A stretch of 64,000 nucleotides of DNA from Thermoplasmata archaeon. Its GTDB lineage: Archaea > Thermoplasmatota > Thermoplasmata > Lutacidiplasmatales > SKW197. Of the stretch, positions 9,990-19,200 are shown one piece after another. The translations under genes were made by a program, and so were the position numbers. The stretch is taken from positions 154,255 through 218,254 of the forward strand of contig JAVZCK010000001.1 in assembly GCA_038874435.1 (NCBI GenBank), read 5' to 3'. The notes beneath the pieces are model-generated. The model saw nothing but the letters and a program-made list of their open reading frames with translations, made no database searches and was not told where the DNA came from. Numbering within the stretch: position 1 is the stretch's first letter; the number at the start of each line of letters is the position of its first letter.

Positions 9990-10577
9990 CTACTCGATTA
10001 TCTCTGCATTCCTTGTAAGATATGCCAAATCTTGCTGCGAAAACATTTCTTTCATTACCGGTAGAATAAGAATTGAATTTGTGCGGAGAAGCTGGTCATA
10101 GAGGGTTTCTATCATCCGCATCACCGCAGGAAACTTGTTGTTAAGAATGAGAGTATCTAGGCAGTCTATAAGAACCACACAACCTGGCTTTTTTTCGATC
10201 ATTTCTGCAAGGTATCTTGATAGAATCCCAATGCTTGTAGGCGGGAGATTGTTTTTACCTGCTACACTTGTAAGCCAGATAAAAATTTCTGTTTGAACTC
10301 CATACTCTTCCATTATGCGCTCAGCACTGTTCCTTGATACGCAGATTGCAGTTTTGCCAGCATTCAGAAGGTCCTTGAGCAGCATGTAGCTTACTTTTGG
10401 CTTTGTCTCAAATACCACATACATCCTACCTTGCTTCAATTCTTTCCCATCTGTCTTCTTAGCAATTTTTTCTTTCAATTGTCTGAGAAAGTCCTCCTCG
10501 GACACATGTGTTCCACCCGTGATGTATTTTCTCTCTTCAGCCATCAGGTCACCCTTTGGTATGCTGCAAATCTGCAA
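9990..10577 (-). CDS. Stand-alone DUF835-like protein (RecA/KaiC-like fold without Walker A)
   Basis: 195 aa. Blocks 'ICVSRNS...IFIWLTS...GCVVLIDCLDTLILNNKF' align with residues ~285-420 of the giant protein ('LCVSTTF...VLWISES...GVLVLDCIETLILENGF'). Confidence 0.55.
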   Translation of the reverse strand: MQICSIPKGDLMAEERKYITGGTHVSEEDFLRQLKEKIAKKTDGKELKQGRMYVVFETKPKVSYMLLKDLLNAGKTAICVSRNSAERIMEEYGVQTEIFIWLTSVAGKNNLPPTSIGILSRYLAEMIEKKPGCVVLIDCLDTLILNNKFPAVMRMIETLYDQLLRTNSILILPVMKEMFSQQDLAYLTRNAEIIE

Positions 10578-10645
10578 ATTTTCACAATAATAATGATGTG
10601 TGATATATATTCATTTTGGAGGTTTGACTGCTGAGGCAATGATAA

Positions 10646-10657
10646 TTTATATATATT
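10646..10657. promoter_or_regulatory. TATA-like element (tttatatata) upstream of tRNA-His
   Basis: AT-rich TATA ~32 nt upstream of the tRNA 5' end. Confidence 0.35.
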
Positions 10658-10688
10658 CTGATAATCTCTCCATTCACACGCATGGGTT

Positions 10689-10784
10689 GGCCGGGATGGG
10701 GTAGCCTGGCTATCCTGTGGGACTGTGGTAGCCCCAAAGGGCTGCTGAAATCCTGAGACCCGAGTTCAAATCTCGGTCCCGGCC
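10689..10784 (+). tRNA. tRNA-His (GUG) with a 21-nt intron between positions 37/38 and a genome-encoded G-1
   Basis: Acceptor stem GCCGGGA/TCCCGGC with an extra G-1:C73 pair. T-arm CCGAG-TTCAAAT-CTCGG. After removing 10729..10749 (tagccccaaagggctgctgaa, contains an agccc/gggct hairpin) the anticodon loop is CUGUGGA, i.e. anticodon GUG with G37. The anticodon stem is TGGGA/TCCTG with two G-U wobble pairs and is somewhat weak. Confidence 0.7.
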
Positions 10785-10789
10785 CTAAA

Positions 10790-11797
10790 ATGAAGAAATT
10801 CCTAACAAAGAAGGTGATAAATGTGCTTGCAAAGGAAATAAAGAAAGAAAATCTCAGAAAGTTTTTTGAAGAGATTGCCAGTGAATACAAGATTATTGCT
10901 CCTGTGAAAAAAGGAGAGGACATCGTGTATACAGAAGTTGAGAACTTTGAGGATGTGGTATTGGATTACACTACGACAATCACACCTATCAAAAGATTTC
11001 TTCTGCCATACAAAGAGACCATGTTCACATTTGAAAAGGAGAAAATTCGCGAAAAATTGACAGAGGAGAAACTTGCACTATTTGCACTCCACATTTGTGA
11101 TATAAATGCAATCGCTCGTTTGGACAAGGTATTCTGGAACGACCCATATTATCGAGCAAGAAGGGAGAAGCTGCTAATCGTTGGAATTACCTGCAAGCCC
11201 GGTGAAAAATGCTTCTGCAAATCCGTAAACGCAAATGTGCTCCAGCCAATCTGCGATGTGTTTTTAAAAGCAAATGAGCACGGCTACCATGCTGTTTCGT
11301 ATACCGAAACTGGCAGAAAAATGCTCAATTCATTTCTGTTCATCCAGACACAGACAGAAATAAAGGAAATCAAAGCAGAGTATCAAGAGGCGAAACACAT
11401 TGACCTTCACAAGGTGTCTGAAAACATTCTCAAGAACTATGAAAATCCAGTGTGGGAAGAAACAGCGAAGAAATGCCTTGGATGCACAAATTGCACAGTC
11501 GTGTGTCCACTCTGTTATTGCTATGATGTTGTAGATAATACCTATGTGAAGCCAGAGGAAGGGGAGCGTGTAAGATGCTGGGATTCCTGCTTCCTGTTGA
11601 GTTTTGCGAGAGTGGCTGGGGGTCACAACTTCAGAAAGGACTTGAAAGCAAGGTATAGAAATGTATACACCCATAAGTTCAGAACTTTCATGGATGAGTT
11701 TGGAGTTCCTGCCTGCGTCGGCTGTGGACGATGTGTGACTTACTGCCCAGCATCAATTGACATGCGGGAAACACTTACAAAGATAGGAGGTGCATGA
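10790..11797 (+). CDS. hydB: Sulfhydrogenase/group 3b [NiFe]-hydrogenase beta subunit (Fe-S subunit, AsrA-like)
   Basis: 335 aa. Two ferredoxin-type motifs 'CLGCTNCTVVCP' and 'CVGCGRCVTYCP' plus extra Cys. The ATG lies 5 nt after the tRNA-His 3' end. First gene of a four-gene hydrogenase cluster. Confidence 0.6.
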   Translation: MKKFLTKKVINVLAKEIKKENLRKFFEEIASEYKIIAPVKKGEDIVYTEVENFEDVVLDYTTTITPIKRFLLPYKETMFTFEKEKIREKLTEEKLALFALHICDINAIARLDKVFWNDPYYRARREKLLIVGITCKPGEKCFCKSVNANVLQPICDVFLKANEHGYHAVSYTETGRKMLNSFLFIQTQTEIKEIKAEYQEAKHIDLHKVSENILKNYENPVWEETAKKCLGCTNCTVVCPLCYCYDVVDNTYVKPEEGERVRCWDSCFLLSFARVAGGHNFRKDLKARYRNVYTHKFRTFMDEFGVPACVGCGRCVTYCPASIDMRETLTKIGGA

Positions 11798-12621
11798 AAA
11801 TGGAGAACATTTACAAGCCCTGGGAGACAAAAATCCTGAAAATTGAGGAGATGACATGTGATACAAAGGTATTTCGGCTAGAGGCAAAGAATTTTAAGTA
11901 CATGCCAGGACAATTTGTAGAACTCACAATACCTGGTGTGGGTGAAGCCCCAATTTCAATTACATCTGGACCACATGAGAAGGGCTACATTGACCTCTGC
12001 GTAAGAAAGATAGGAAATGTAACTGATGCTTTGCACAGAAAGAATGTGGGCGATAAAGTGTGGATTCGCGGACCTTATGGTGTGGGCTTTCCATTTGAGA
12101 CGGTTAAAGGCAAAGACCTCTTGTATGTTGCCGGTGGTATAGGTATGGCCCCACTCAGAAGCAGCATAAATTATGTGCTTGCCCACAAGTCAGATTTCGG
12201 TAAGATTACTATTTTGTATGGGGCAAGAACACCTGGTGACCTGCTCTTCAAAAACGAGTTTGAGCGGTGGGGCAAGGAGGCAAATTTTCTGGTAAGTGTG
12301 GATACTGATAAAAATCCAGATGGCTCTCTCTGTGGTTGGACAGGGAATGTAGGTGTGGTCACAACGCTCTTTGACAAAATACCGTATCCAATAAAAGATG
12401 CAATTGGTATGGTCTGCGGTCCACCAGTGATGTACAAATTTGTGATAAAGAAGTGCAGAGAAATGGGAATGCCAGATAGCTCAATTTACATTTCACTTGA
12501 GAGAAACATGAAGTGCGGTGTGGGCAAGTGCCAACATTGTCAGATAAACAACAAGTATGTGTGTTTGGATGGACCAGTTTTCAATTATGAGGAAGTTAAA
12601 ACACTTCCGGAGGCAATCTGA
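11794..12621 (+). CDS. hydG: Sulfhydrogenase gamma subunit (FAD/NAD(P)-binding, AsrB/PyrK-like; [2Fe-2S] motif)
   Basis: 275 aa with a ferredoxin-NADP-reductase-like fold ('FRLE...MPGQFVEL', 'GGIGMAPL') and a C-terminal 'CGVGKCQHCQ'. Overlapping start and stop (atga). Confidence 0.6.
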   Translation: MKMENIYKPWETKILKIEEMTCDTKVFRLEAKNFKYMPGQFVELTIPGVGEAPISITSGPHEKGYIDLCVRKIGNVTDALHRKNVGDKVWIRGPYGVGFPFETVKGKDLLYVAGGIGMAPLRSSINYVLAHKSDFGKITILYGARTPGDLLFKNEFERWGKEANFLVSVDTDKNPDGSLCGWTGNVGVVTTLFDKIPYPIKDAIGMVCGPPVMYKFVIKKCREMGMPDSSIYISLERNMKCGVGKCQHCQINNKYVCLDGPVFNYEEVKTLPEAI

Positions 12622-12631
12622 GGTGGTCAAA

Positions 12632-13390
12632 ATGGCAAAACCAAAAGTGGCAATATTTGATTTAACTGATTGTGAGGGTTGCGAAGTGGAAATTGTAAAC
12701 TCGAAGTACATCGACAGGATTTTAGAGAGTTTTGAGTTTGTGCATTTCCGACTTGGACAGAAAACAAACAAATGGGAAAATTTTGATGTTGCGTTTATTG
12801 AGGGCTCTGTGATAACAAGCCATGAAGTTGAACTCGTGAAGAAAATCAGGGAACATAGCAAGTTTGTGGTTGCCCTAGGCTCCTGTGCATGTTTCGGTGG
12901 AATTGCAGCGCTCAACAATTTCACGGATGTGAACGAAGGTAAAAGGTATGTGTATGGCAAGGAAGGCGAAAAAATAGAAGTGATTGAAGTCAAGCCGCTT
13001 GGGGAAATAATCAAAGTGGATGCAATGATTCGTGGTTGTCCAATTGTCAGAGAGGACTTTGACAAAGTTGTGAGTGACTTGCTCGCAGGTAAGATTCCAA
13101 GAGAACACACAAGACCAGTTTGTATGGACTGCAAGAGCAAGGGCAATTCGTGTTTGCTACTTAAGGGCACACCCTGTGCTGGCCCTGTGACTTATGGTGG
13201 CTGCGGAGCACCCTGCCCATCCTCGAACATGCCTTGCGATGGTTGCAGAGGGCCTCTTGAAATGCCAGAAATGACTGCAGAGCTTGAACTCCTTAAGAAA
13301 ATTGCAAGTCAGGATGACATTATTAGGCTATTTAGAAAGTACACATCAGCTGCACAGGCTTTCAGGGCAGTTGGAGGTGGTAAACAATGA
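12632..13390 (+). CDS. hydD: [NiFe]-hydrogenase small subunit (delta)
   Basis: 'MAKPKVAIFDLTDCEGCEVEI' is the N-terminal proximal-cluster motif. Additional Cys clusters. AGGTGG RBS 8 nt upstream of the ATG at 12632, whereas the ORF track starts at 12557. Confidence 0.7.
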   Translation: MAKPKVAIFDLTDCEGCEVEIVNSKYIDRILESFEFVHFRLGQKTNKWENFDVAFIEGSVITSHEVELVKKIREHSKFVVALGSCACFGGIAALNNFTDVNEGKRYVYGKEGEKIEVIEVKPLGEIIKVDAMIRGCPIVREDFDKVVSDLLAGKIPREHTRPVCMDCKSKGNSCLLLKGTPCAGPVTYGGCGAPCPSSNMPCDGCRGPLEMPEMTAELELLKKIASQDDIIRLFRKYTSAAQAFRAVGGGKQ

Positions 13391-14637
13391 ATGTGGAGAT
13401 GAATTACATTACACAGATTGAGGGGCATGGAATTATTAATTTTGAGATTGTGGATGGGAAACCAAAGGTGAGAATGGAAGTGCATGAAGGTGCCAGGCTT
13501 TTCGAGAGTTTCTTGCGCAATAGAAGAGCAGATGAAGTGATTGCAATGTCCTCAAGAATCTGCGGGGTCTGTCCAGTCGTGCATAACTACGCTGCAGTGC
13601 AAGCAGTGGAGAATGCGATGGGAATTGAGGTGAGCGAACAGACAAAGTTGTTGAGACGATTGGGAAATGTGGGACAGATGCTCCAGAGCCATGCACTGCA
13701 TCTTTATGTGCTTGCATTACCTGAGTATCTGAATGCAGATGGTGTGGTGGATGTCTACATGCGAAATCCTGAGGCGGTTAAGAGAGCGCTGAAAATAAGA
13801 AATGTGGGAAACCTGATCGTTGAAGTTGTTTCTGGAAGAGCTGTCCATCCAGTTTCTTCAGTGCCTGGTGGTTTTGCGAAGCTTCCCACAAAGACAGAAT
13901 TGAAGAGAATTGTTAAAGAATTGAAGGGTGTTTTGGATGACTGCATTGAAACCTACAACCTTGCAGCAAGCATAAAATATCCAGAGCTTCAGAGGAAGAC
14001 GGAATACTCAGCAATTGACGATGGAGAGATGTATCCATCATATGGAGGAATGATTGTGTCCAGTGAAGGTGTGCGGGCACCTGCAAAGGACTACAGAAAG
14101 TACACGAATGAGGTCTTCAGGCCATACTCTCACACTAAATTCAGCACAAGAAATGGGCATGGCTTCTTCGTGGGTTCAATCGCAAGAGTAAACTTGTTTA
14201 GCGATAGGCTGGGCGAGAAAGCAAAGGAACTTGCAAAGAATGGGCCAGTAAAATTCCCAAGCTATAACCCATTCCATAACCTTGTGGCGCAAGGTGTTGA
14301 ACTTGTGCATTACACCGAGGAAGGCATTGAGATTGCATCCCAGCTTGCAAGAACACTGAAGGACGAGAAGCCAGTTAAGATTGTAAGATCTGGCACGGGT
14401 GTTGGCGTTGTTGAAGCACCAAGAGGTACTCTCTTCCATGAATATACTGTGGATGCGAACGGCATTGTGAAGGAGGCAAACATAATTACGCCCACTGCTC
14501 AGAATGTGCAGAATATCGAGGAGGACCTGACGGCACTGCTCACTGCAAACATAAACAAGCCAAGGGAGGAGCTTGTGCGTTTGACTGAAGCGTTGTTGCG
14601 TGCCTACGACCCCTGTTTCTCCTGCTCTACCCATTGA
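13387..14637 (+). CDS. hydA: [NiFe]-hydrogenase large subunit (alpha)
   Basis: 416 aa. N-terminal Ni-binding 'RICGVCPVVH' and C-terminal 'DPCFSCSTH'. Stop codon follows the final His directly. Confidence 0.85.
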   Translation: MNVEMNYITQIEGHGIINFEIVDGKPKVRMEVHEGARLFESFLRNRRADEVIAMSSRICGVCPVVHNYAAVQAVENAMGIEVSEQTKLLRRLGNVGQMLQSHALHLYVLALPEYLNADGVVDVYMRNPEAVKRALKIRNVGNLIVEVVSGRAVHPVSSVPGGFAKLPTKTELKRIVKELKGVLDDCIETYNLAASIKYPELQRKTEYSAIDDGEMYPSYGGMIVSSEGVRAPAKDYRKYTNEVFRPYSHTKFSTRNGHGFFVGSIARVNLFSDRLGEKAKELAKNGPVKFPSYNPFHNLVAQGVELVHYTEEGIEIASQLARTLKDEKPVKIVRSGTGVGVVEAPRGTLFHEYTVDANGIVKEANIITPTAQNVQNIEEDLTALLTANINKPREELVRLTEALLRAYDPCFSCSTH

Positions 14638-14646
14638 GGCAGAGAA

Positions 14647-14835
14647 ATGTGGGGTAATAGATTCGGGCTCTCAAGGATGTTCATCTGGCTTGGTCTAATC
14701 TGTGTATTCATGGGTTTAGCGTTGATATTTGCAGGGGCAGGAATACCTGGTTGTGTGATATGGGGCTGCCTGATAACCATTCTTGGCACGGTAATGGTGG
14801 TGATGTCAAGAAAAATGGCAAGGGCTGGGATGTAG
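14647..14835 (+). CDS. Small hypothetical membrane protein (2 predicted TM helices)
   Basis: 62 aa, hydrophobic, directly after the hydrogenase cluster. Weakly supported. Confidence 0.25.
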   Translation: MWGNRFGLSRMFIWLGLICVFMGLALIFAGAGIPGCVIWGCLITILGTVMVVMSRKMARAGM

Positions 14836-14892
14836 AGGCAGTTAAGTCCTACCGTTAGATTAATTAAATTGCATCCATTACCTCTCCCATGT

Positions 14893-14977
14893 GCTGGGGT
14901 TGCCAAGTCTGGTCAAAGGCGGCAGACTCAAGATCTGCTCCCATAGGGGTTCCCAGGTTCAAATCCTGGCCCCAGCA
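14893..14977 (+). tRNA. tRNA-Leu (CAA), class II with a long variable arm
   Basis: Acceptor GCTGGGG/CCCCAGC with discriminator A. Anticodon stem GCAGA/TCTGC with loop CTCAAGA. Variable arm TCCCATAGGGGTT. T-arm CCAGG-TTCAAAT-CCTGG. 85 nt. Confidence 0.85.
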
Positions 14978-14986
14978 TGAAAAAAG

Positions 14987-16171
14987 GTGAGAAAAATGGA
15001 ACCAAAGAAAACTCCGCTGTATGCGTGGCATGTGAAAAATGGTGCGAAGATGGTTGAATTTGCTGGGTTTATGATGCCAATCCAGTACAAGAGCATAATT
15101 CAGGAACATAAAGCAGTGCGGGAGAGCGTTGGAGTATTTGATGTCTCTCATATGGGCGATTTCATAATTTATGGCAGGGACGCTGGCAACTTTCTCAACA
15201 AGCTCTGCACTAACAATTTTGCCACTTGCGAGATTGGCAAATGCCGTTACACACATGTGCTAAATGAAGAGGGAAAAATCTTAGATGATATGATAGGGGC
15301 TAGGGTTGGTGATTTTACCTATCTCTTTGTGCCAAATGCGGCTACAATTGAGAAGATGTACAAATGGTTTACCCAGCACAAAAATGGAGATGTGGAAATA
15401 ATTAATGCCTCCGATGCTCTTGGATGCATTGCACTACAGGGGAAGAATGCCGCAAAGGTGCTGGCAAAACTTACAAGCTATCCGCTTGAAAAACTTAGTT
15501 TTTTCAAAGCTGATTTTATTGCTATGGATAAAGCAAAAGTGCACACAAAACAGGAGACGCCTGCATTCGGTTACAATCAGATTGTCGAGCTAGAGAAGGT
15601 ACATGGAGAGAAGATAAGGGCGTTTGCCCACGGAGAACTTTGTTTTGTTTCTAGGACTGGTTACACTGGAGAAGATGGATTTGAAATAATTGCCCATGCT
15701 GGGATAACAGAAGCGATCTGGGAGGCAATTTTTGATGCAGGAAGAGAATTTGGGATAATTCCAGTGGGGCTTGGTGCAAGGGATACACTGCGACTTGAAA
15801 AAGGTTTCTTGCTTTCTGGCACAGATTTTCATGATGATAGGACAACACTTGAGGCAAATGCGGAATTTGCTGTGAAATATGACCATGACTTCATTGGTAG
15901 AACAGTACTTGAGAAACAAAAGGCGAGTGGGAACTATGACCGTCTAGTCGGAATTTTGCTTTCAGAAGGGATTCCAAGACACGGTTTCGAGATTTATGTT
16001 GGCGGAAAAAAGGTAGGGACAGTTACTTCAGGGACCGTTTCACCGATGCTCAGCAAAGGTATTGCTCTGGGCTATTTGCCGAATGCACTTGCAAAAGAGG
16101 GCATGGAAGTGCAAATCAAGATAAGGGATAAGTTCTATTCAGGAAGGGTTGTGAAACTGCCGTTCGTGTAA
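14987..16171 (+). CDS. gcvT: Glycine cleavage system T protein (aminomethyltransferase)
   Basis: 394 aa. 'GVFDVSHMG' and 'TGYTGEDGFEI' are GcvT signatures. Confidence 0.85.
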   Translation: MRKMEPKKTPLYAWHVKNGAKMVEFAGFMMPIQYKSIIQEHKAVRESVGVFDVSHMGDFIIYGRDAGNFLNKLCTNNFATCEIGKCRYTHVLNEEGKILDDMIGARVGDFTYLFVPNAATIEKMYKWFTQHKNGDVEIINASDALGCIALQGKNAAKVLAKLTSYPLEKLSFFKADFIAMDKAKVHTKQETPAFGYNQIVELEKVHGEKIRAFAHGELCFVSRTGYTGEDGFEIIAHAGITEAIWEAIFDAGREFGIIPVGLGARDTLRLEKGFLLSGTDFHDDRTTLEANAEFAVKYDHDFIGRTVLEKQKASGNYDRLVGILLSEGIPRHGFEIYVGGKKVGTVTSGTVSPMLSKGIALGYLPNALAKEGMEVQIKIRDKFYSGRVVKLPFV

Positions 16172-16263
16172 GGAAGAAATTCAATTGGATGCCAAATCTT
16201 TATAAGCTATGAAGTCTTAGGACATATAGACACAAAATAATCCTGCATCTAACCCTTAGAGGG

Positions 16264-16271
16264 ATATATTT
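16264..16271. promoter_or_regulatory. TATA-like element (gatatatt) ~45 nt upstream of the ATG at 16313
   Basis: Placement suggests the transcript starts near 16295 and translation starts at 16313 (MDARK...), preceded by GGGGG. Confidence 0.3.
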
Positions 16272-16291
16272 GGCATCCCAATCTAAAGTGT

Positions 16292-19200
16292 ATGTATACT
16301 GGGGGCAAGAAAATGGACGCAAGAAAGATTGAGATAGAGGGCATAAATAAGCTAGTAGAAGAGGGAATACCTGCGGATTATATGCTGCTGTTGCAGACCG
16401 ATGAGGGGCTGGAAACAGACCTGCTTGTGAGACAGTATATAAAGGAAGCACTGACTAAAGGAGAGATTTGTATTGCGGTGTTATCCGAGAGTTCACCAGA
16501 TGACTTTAAAAAGTTGATGAGTGCAATAGGAATAAATGCTGAGACCCATGAAAAGAATGGCACGCTCTACATTGTGGACTGGTATTCCTTCAGAAATGAA
16601 AGAATAATAGGGGTAGAGGAGAAAGGTGCAATTTACAAATGCTCAAAGAGTTTAACAAATGTGGAAATTGCAATTTCAAAAATTCTGAAGAAAATTGAAG
16701 GCAAAAAATTCAGAGTTTATTCAGACATTCTTTCAAATGCTATAAAAGTTTTTGGCTTCGAAACCGCATTCAAGTTTTCGCAAGGGCTGACAGCGAGAAT
16801 CAAGAAATACAATGGCGGAGCTCTGTTCAAAATTTCCAAGACGATGCATGAGCAGAAGGTAATTTCCGCGTTTCACTCGCATTTCAACGGTGTACTGGAC
16901 ATTGAGCATCGAAGGGAAGAGGAGAGGGTGGTTGCAAGAATAGGAATAATTTCTTTAGATAATTTATTCTATGAAACCTCCTACAAGAAATTGGGTGTGA
17001 GCAAAACAAAGGGCATTATAATTATGGATGAGGAAGAGATGAAGGCAAAGCCAAAACCCGTTGTGAAGAAAGTTGTGAAAGAAGAGGTGGCAGAAGAGGA
17101 GACAGCAGAGGAGGAGGGTGGAGAGAAAATTGAAGAAATGAAAGGCTCAAGTGTTCTCATTTATGAGGAGGACCCCAAACACATCTACAAACTCTATCGC
17201 CAATTTCTTTCGGAAGGAATGCCAGGGCTCTGTGTTAGCACCACATTCCCAGCTAAACTCAAGAAACTCCATAAATTTGATTCAGAGGTGCTCTGGATTT
17301 CAGAATCCTCAGAGAAAGGTGCAGTGAAGCCAGGTAGAATGGAATTTGAGTTAATGCGTGAAGTGGGCAACTTCTTAAAAAACAACAAGGAAGGTGTGCT
17401 AGTTCTTGACTGTATTGAAACCCTCATCCTTGAAAATGGCTTTGATAAGGTTGTTAAGTTTCTGAAGAAGATTGGTGACATGGCCGCGGTGAACGGCAAC
17501 ACGGTTCTGGCTGTGATAAATGACAAGAGCATGGAGCAGGAGAAGCTGTATGTGCTTTCGAAAAGCTTTGATATGAAAATAACTCGTGAAGAACTGGAGA
17601 AGGAAGCAAAGAAGCCAAAGCCAGTTGAGGTAAAACCAGAAGTCGTGCCTGGGGCAAAGGAAGAGGTTGTGTCTGCAGAAGAGGAGAAACCAGTTGTTGC
17701 ACCTGCGGTGGAAAAAGAAGAGGTGAAGGTAGAAAAAGAGCCAGAGGCAGTGAAGGAAGAAAAGGCATTGGTTGGTAGAGAAGCATTTACAAATGGGTTG
17801 AAGAAGAGTGTGACTGCGAGAGAGGCCTACACCAATGGACTTGGAAAGCGGAAGCCAGGGTATGTAAACGGATTGAAGAAACCTGGCATGAGGCAAAGAC
17901 CAGCAAAAGTTAGCCGGGTAAAACAGGTTGTTGTGGGACTTGTGGTTGTGGTAATTGCCATCTCAGTTTTTGCATTCTGGCTTTTCACGATTCCTTCAGA
18001 AAAAATTAAGGTGGATGGAAACATAGATGATTGGCAGGGGCTTGCGGTTTATAAAGACAGTGAGGACTTTGCAAACCCAGACATAAAAATCACAGAATAC
18101 AGCATTTACTACAGCAATGAAAAATGCTATTTCTATGTGAAAGTTGCTGGCACTGCGTTTAATGGTGCAAACAGTGGCTATGATACCCTTGTTCTGTTTA
18201 TCGACAAGGACAGGAATCCAAACACTGGCTACAGGGTGGAGAACATAGGAGCAGATGCAAAGATAGAGATTAGCGGATTCAATGGCAACATTCATACTTC
18301 ATCAGTGGCAGTGTTTAAAGAAGGGAGTACATCTATAAAGCCAGAATTGAATTACAGTGCCTGGGAAAGTGTTGGCGGTGTGGTCGTGGAGAAAAGCGGG
18401 AACATTGTTGAAGGAAGTGCGAAGATTACAGGAATGACAGAGCCAATAGGCCTTGTTGCGATGCGACACTATGAGGGCAGTGTTTATGCAGAGAAACGGG
18501 GCATGGCGCTGGTAAGCAAAACTGAAGGAAGTTTAGTGGTTTACCAGAATTTTATTGGCAATGATGTGGTATATGCAGATGCTGATGTGCTCGAGCTAAG
18601 ATTGATTGCAAAGGGTAAGGATGTGCATGTGGAAAGCATAAGCGTGGCAAATGCGAATGTGAGTTTACCAAAGAAGGACATTGCAGTGAATGAAGAAGTG
18701 GTGGTGAGTTGCAAAGCAAAGAGCTTGACAAATGGTAAGGCATTTGAGTTTGGTGTACAGAGTGTGGACACGAATGTACCCTACAGAATTGTGGGCAACG
18801 GTGGCAAAGCATACTTTGGTTCCTTACCTTCAGGAATTGTGATTGATGGTGCGTTTGGTGATTGGCAGGGTGTGGAGAAGGGGAGTGATGTAAGTGGAGA
18901 TGCAAGCCAGAACATTGATTTGCGAGAGTATGCCAGTGCAATTGCAAGCAATGCATACTTCTACATGGCAGTGGATGGCACAATGCTTGCTGGCTGCGAA
19001 ATCCCTGTGCTTGGTGCCAGACCCCCAGTGCAGCCAGGACCACCAACGCCAGTGGTGATAAAAGAAAATCTGGGCACGGATGTGGCAAGGGTTTACATTG
19101 ATTTGATGAATTCTACAATCAACACCTTCAATCCAGCAATGATTTCTCATGGCTATCTGATTGAGTTACAAGGGAGAAATGGACAGGTAGTAAGTGCAAG

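Noticed and set aside
10689-10784. Alternative readings of the 96-nt tRNA region: a class II long-variable-arm tRNA, or a tRNA on the minus strand.
   Set aside because: The T-arm (TTCAAAT) is at the 3' end only on the plus strand. Removing a 21-nt intron gives a canonical class I cloverleaf with a CUGUGGA anticodon loop and a G-1:C73 pair, which fits tRNA-His far better than a type II tRNA.
12493-13170. 225-aa minus-strand ORF overlapping hydG and hydD, and similar antisense ORFs (6729..7055, 7179..7616, 7923..8540).
   Set aside because: They lie entirely inside well-supported sense genes with conserved motifs (hydrogenase subunits, secretion ATPase) and have Ser/Leu-rich shadow composition. 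They are not considered real genes.
16292-16312. Start codon of the giant gene at 16292 (MYTGGKK...).
   Set aside because: The TATA-like element at 16264-16271 would place the TSS near 16295, and a GGGGG RBS-like run precedes the ATG at 16313. The first 7 codons are therefore probably not translated. Kept the ORF-track coordinates in the feature but flagged it.
17399-19088. Antisense ORFs inside the giant gene (for example 17454..17786 Pro/Leu-rich, 18552..19088 His-rich, 17399..17896).
   Set aside because: They are low-complexity shadow ORFs on the opposite strand of a clearly coding repetitive gene. They have no RBS or promoter signals and their biased composition mirrors the sense-strand codons.
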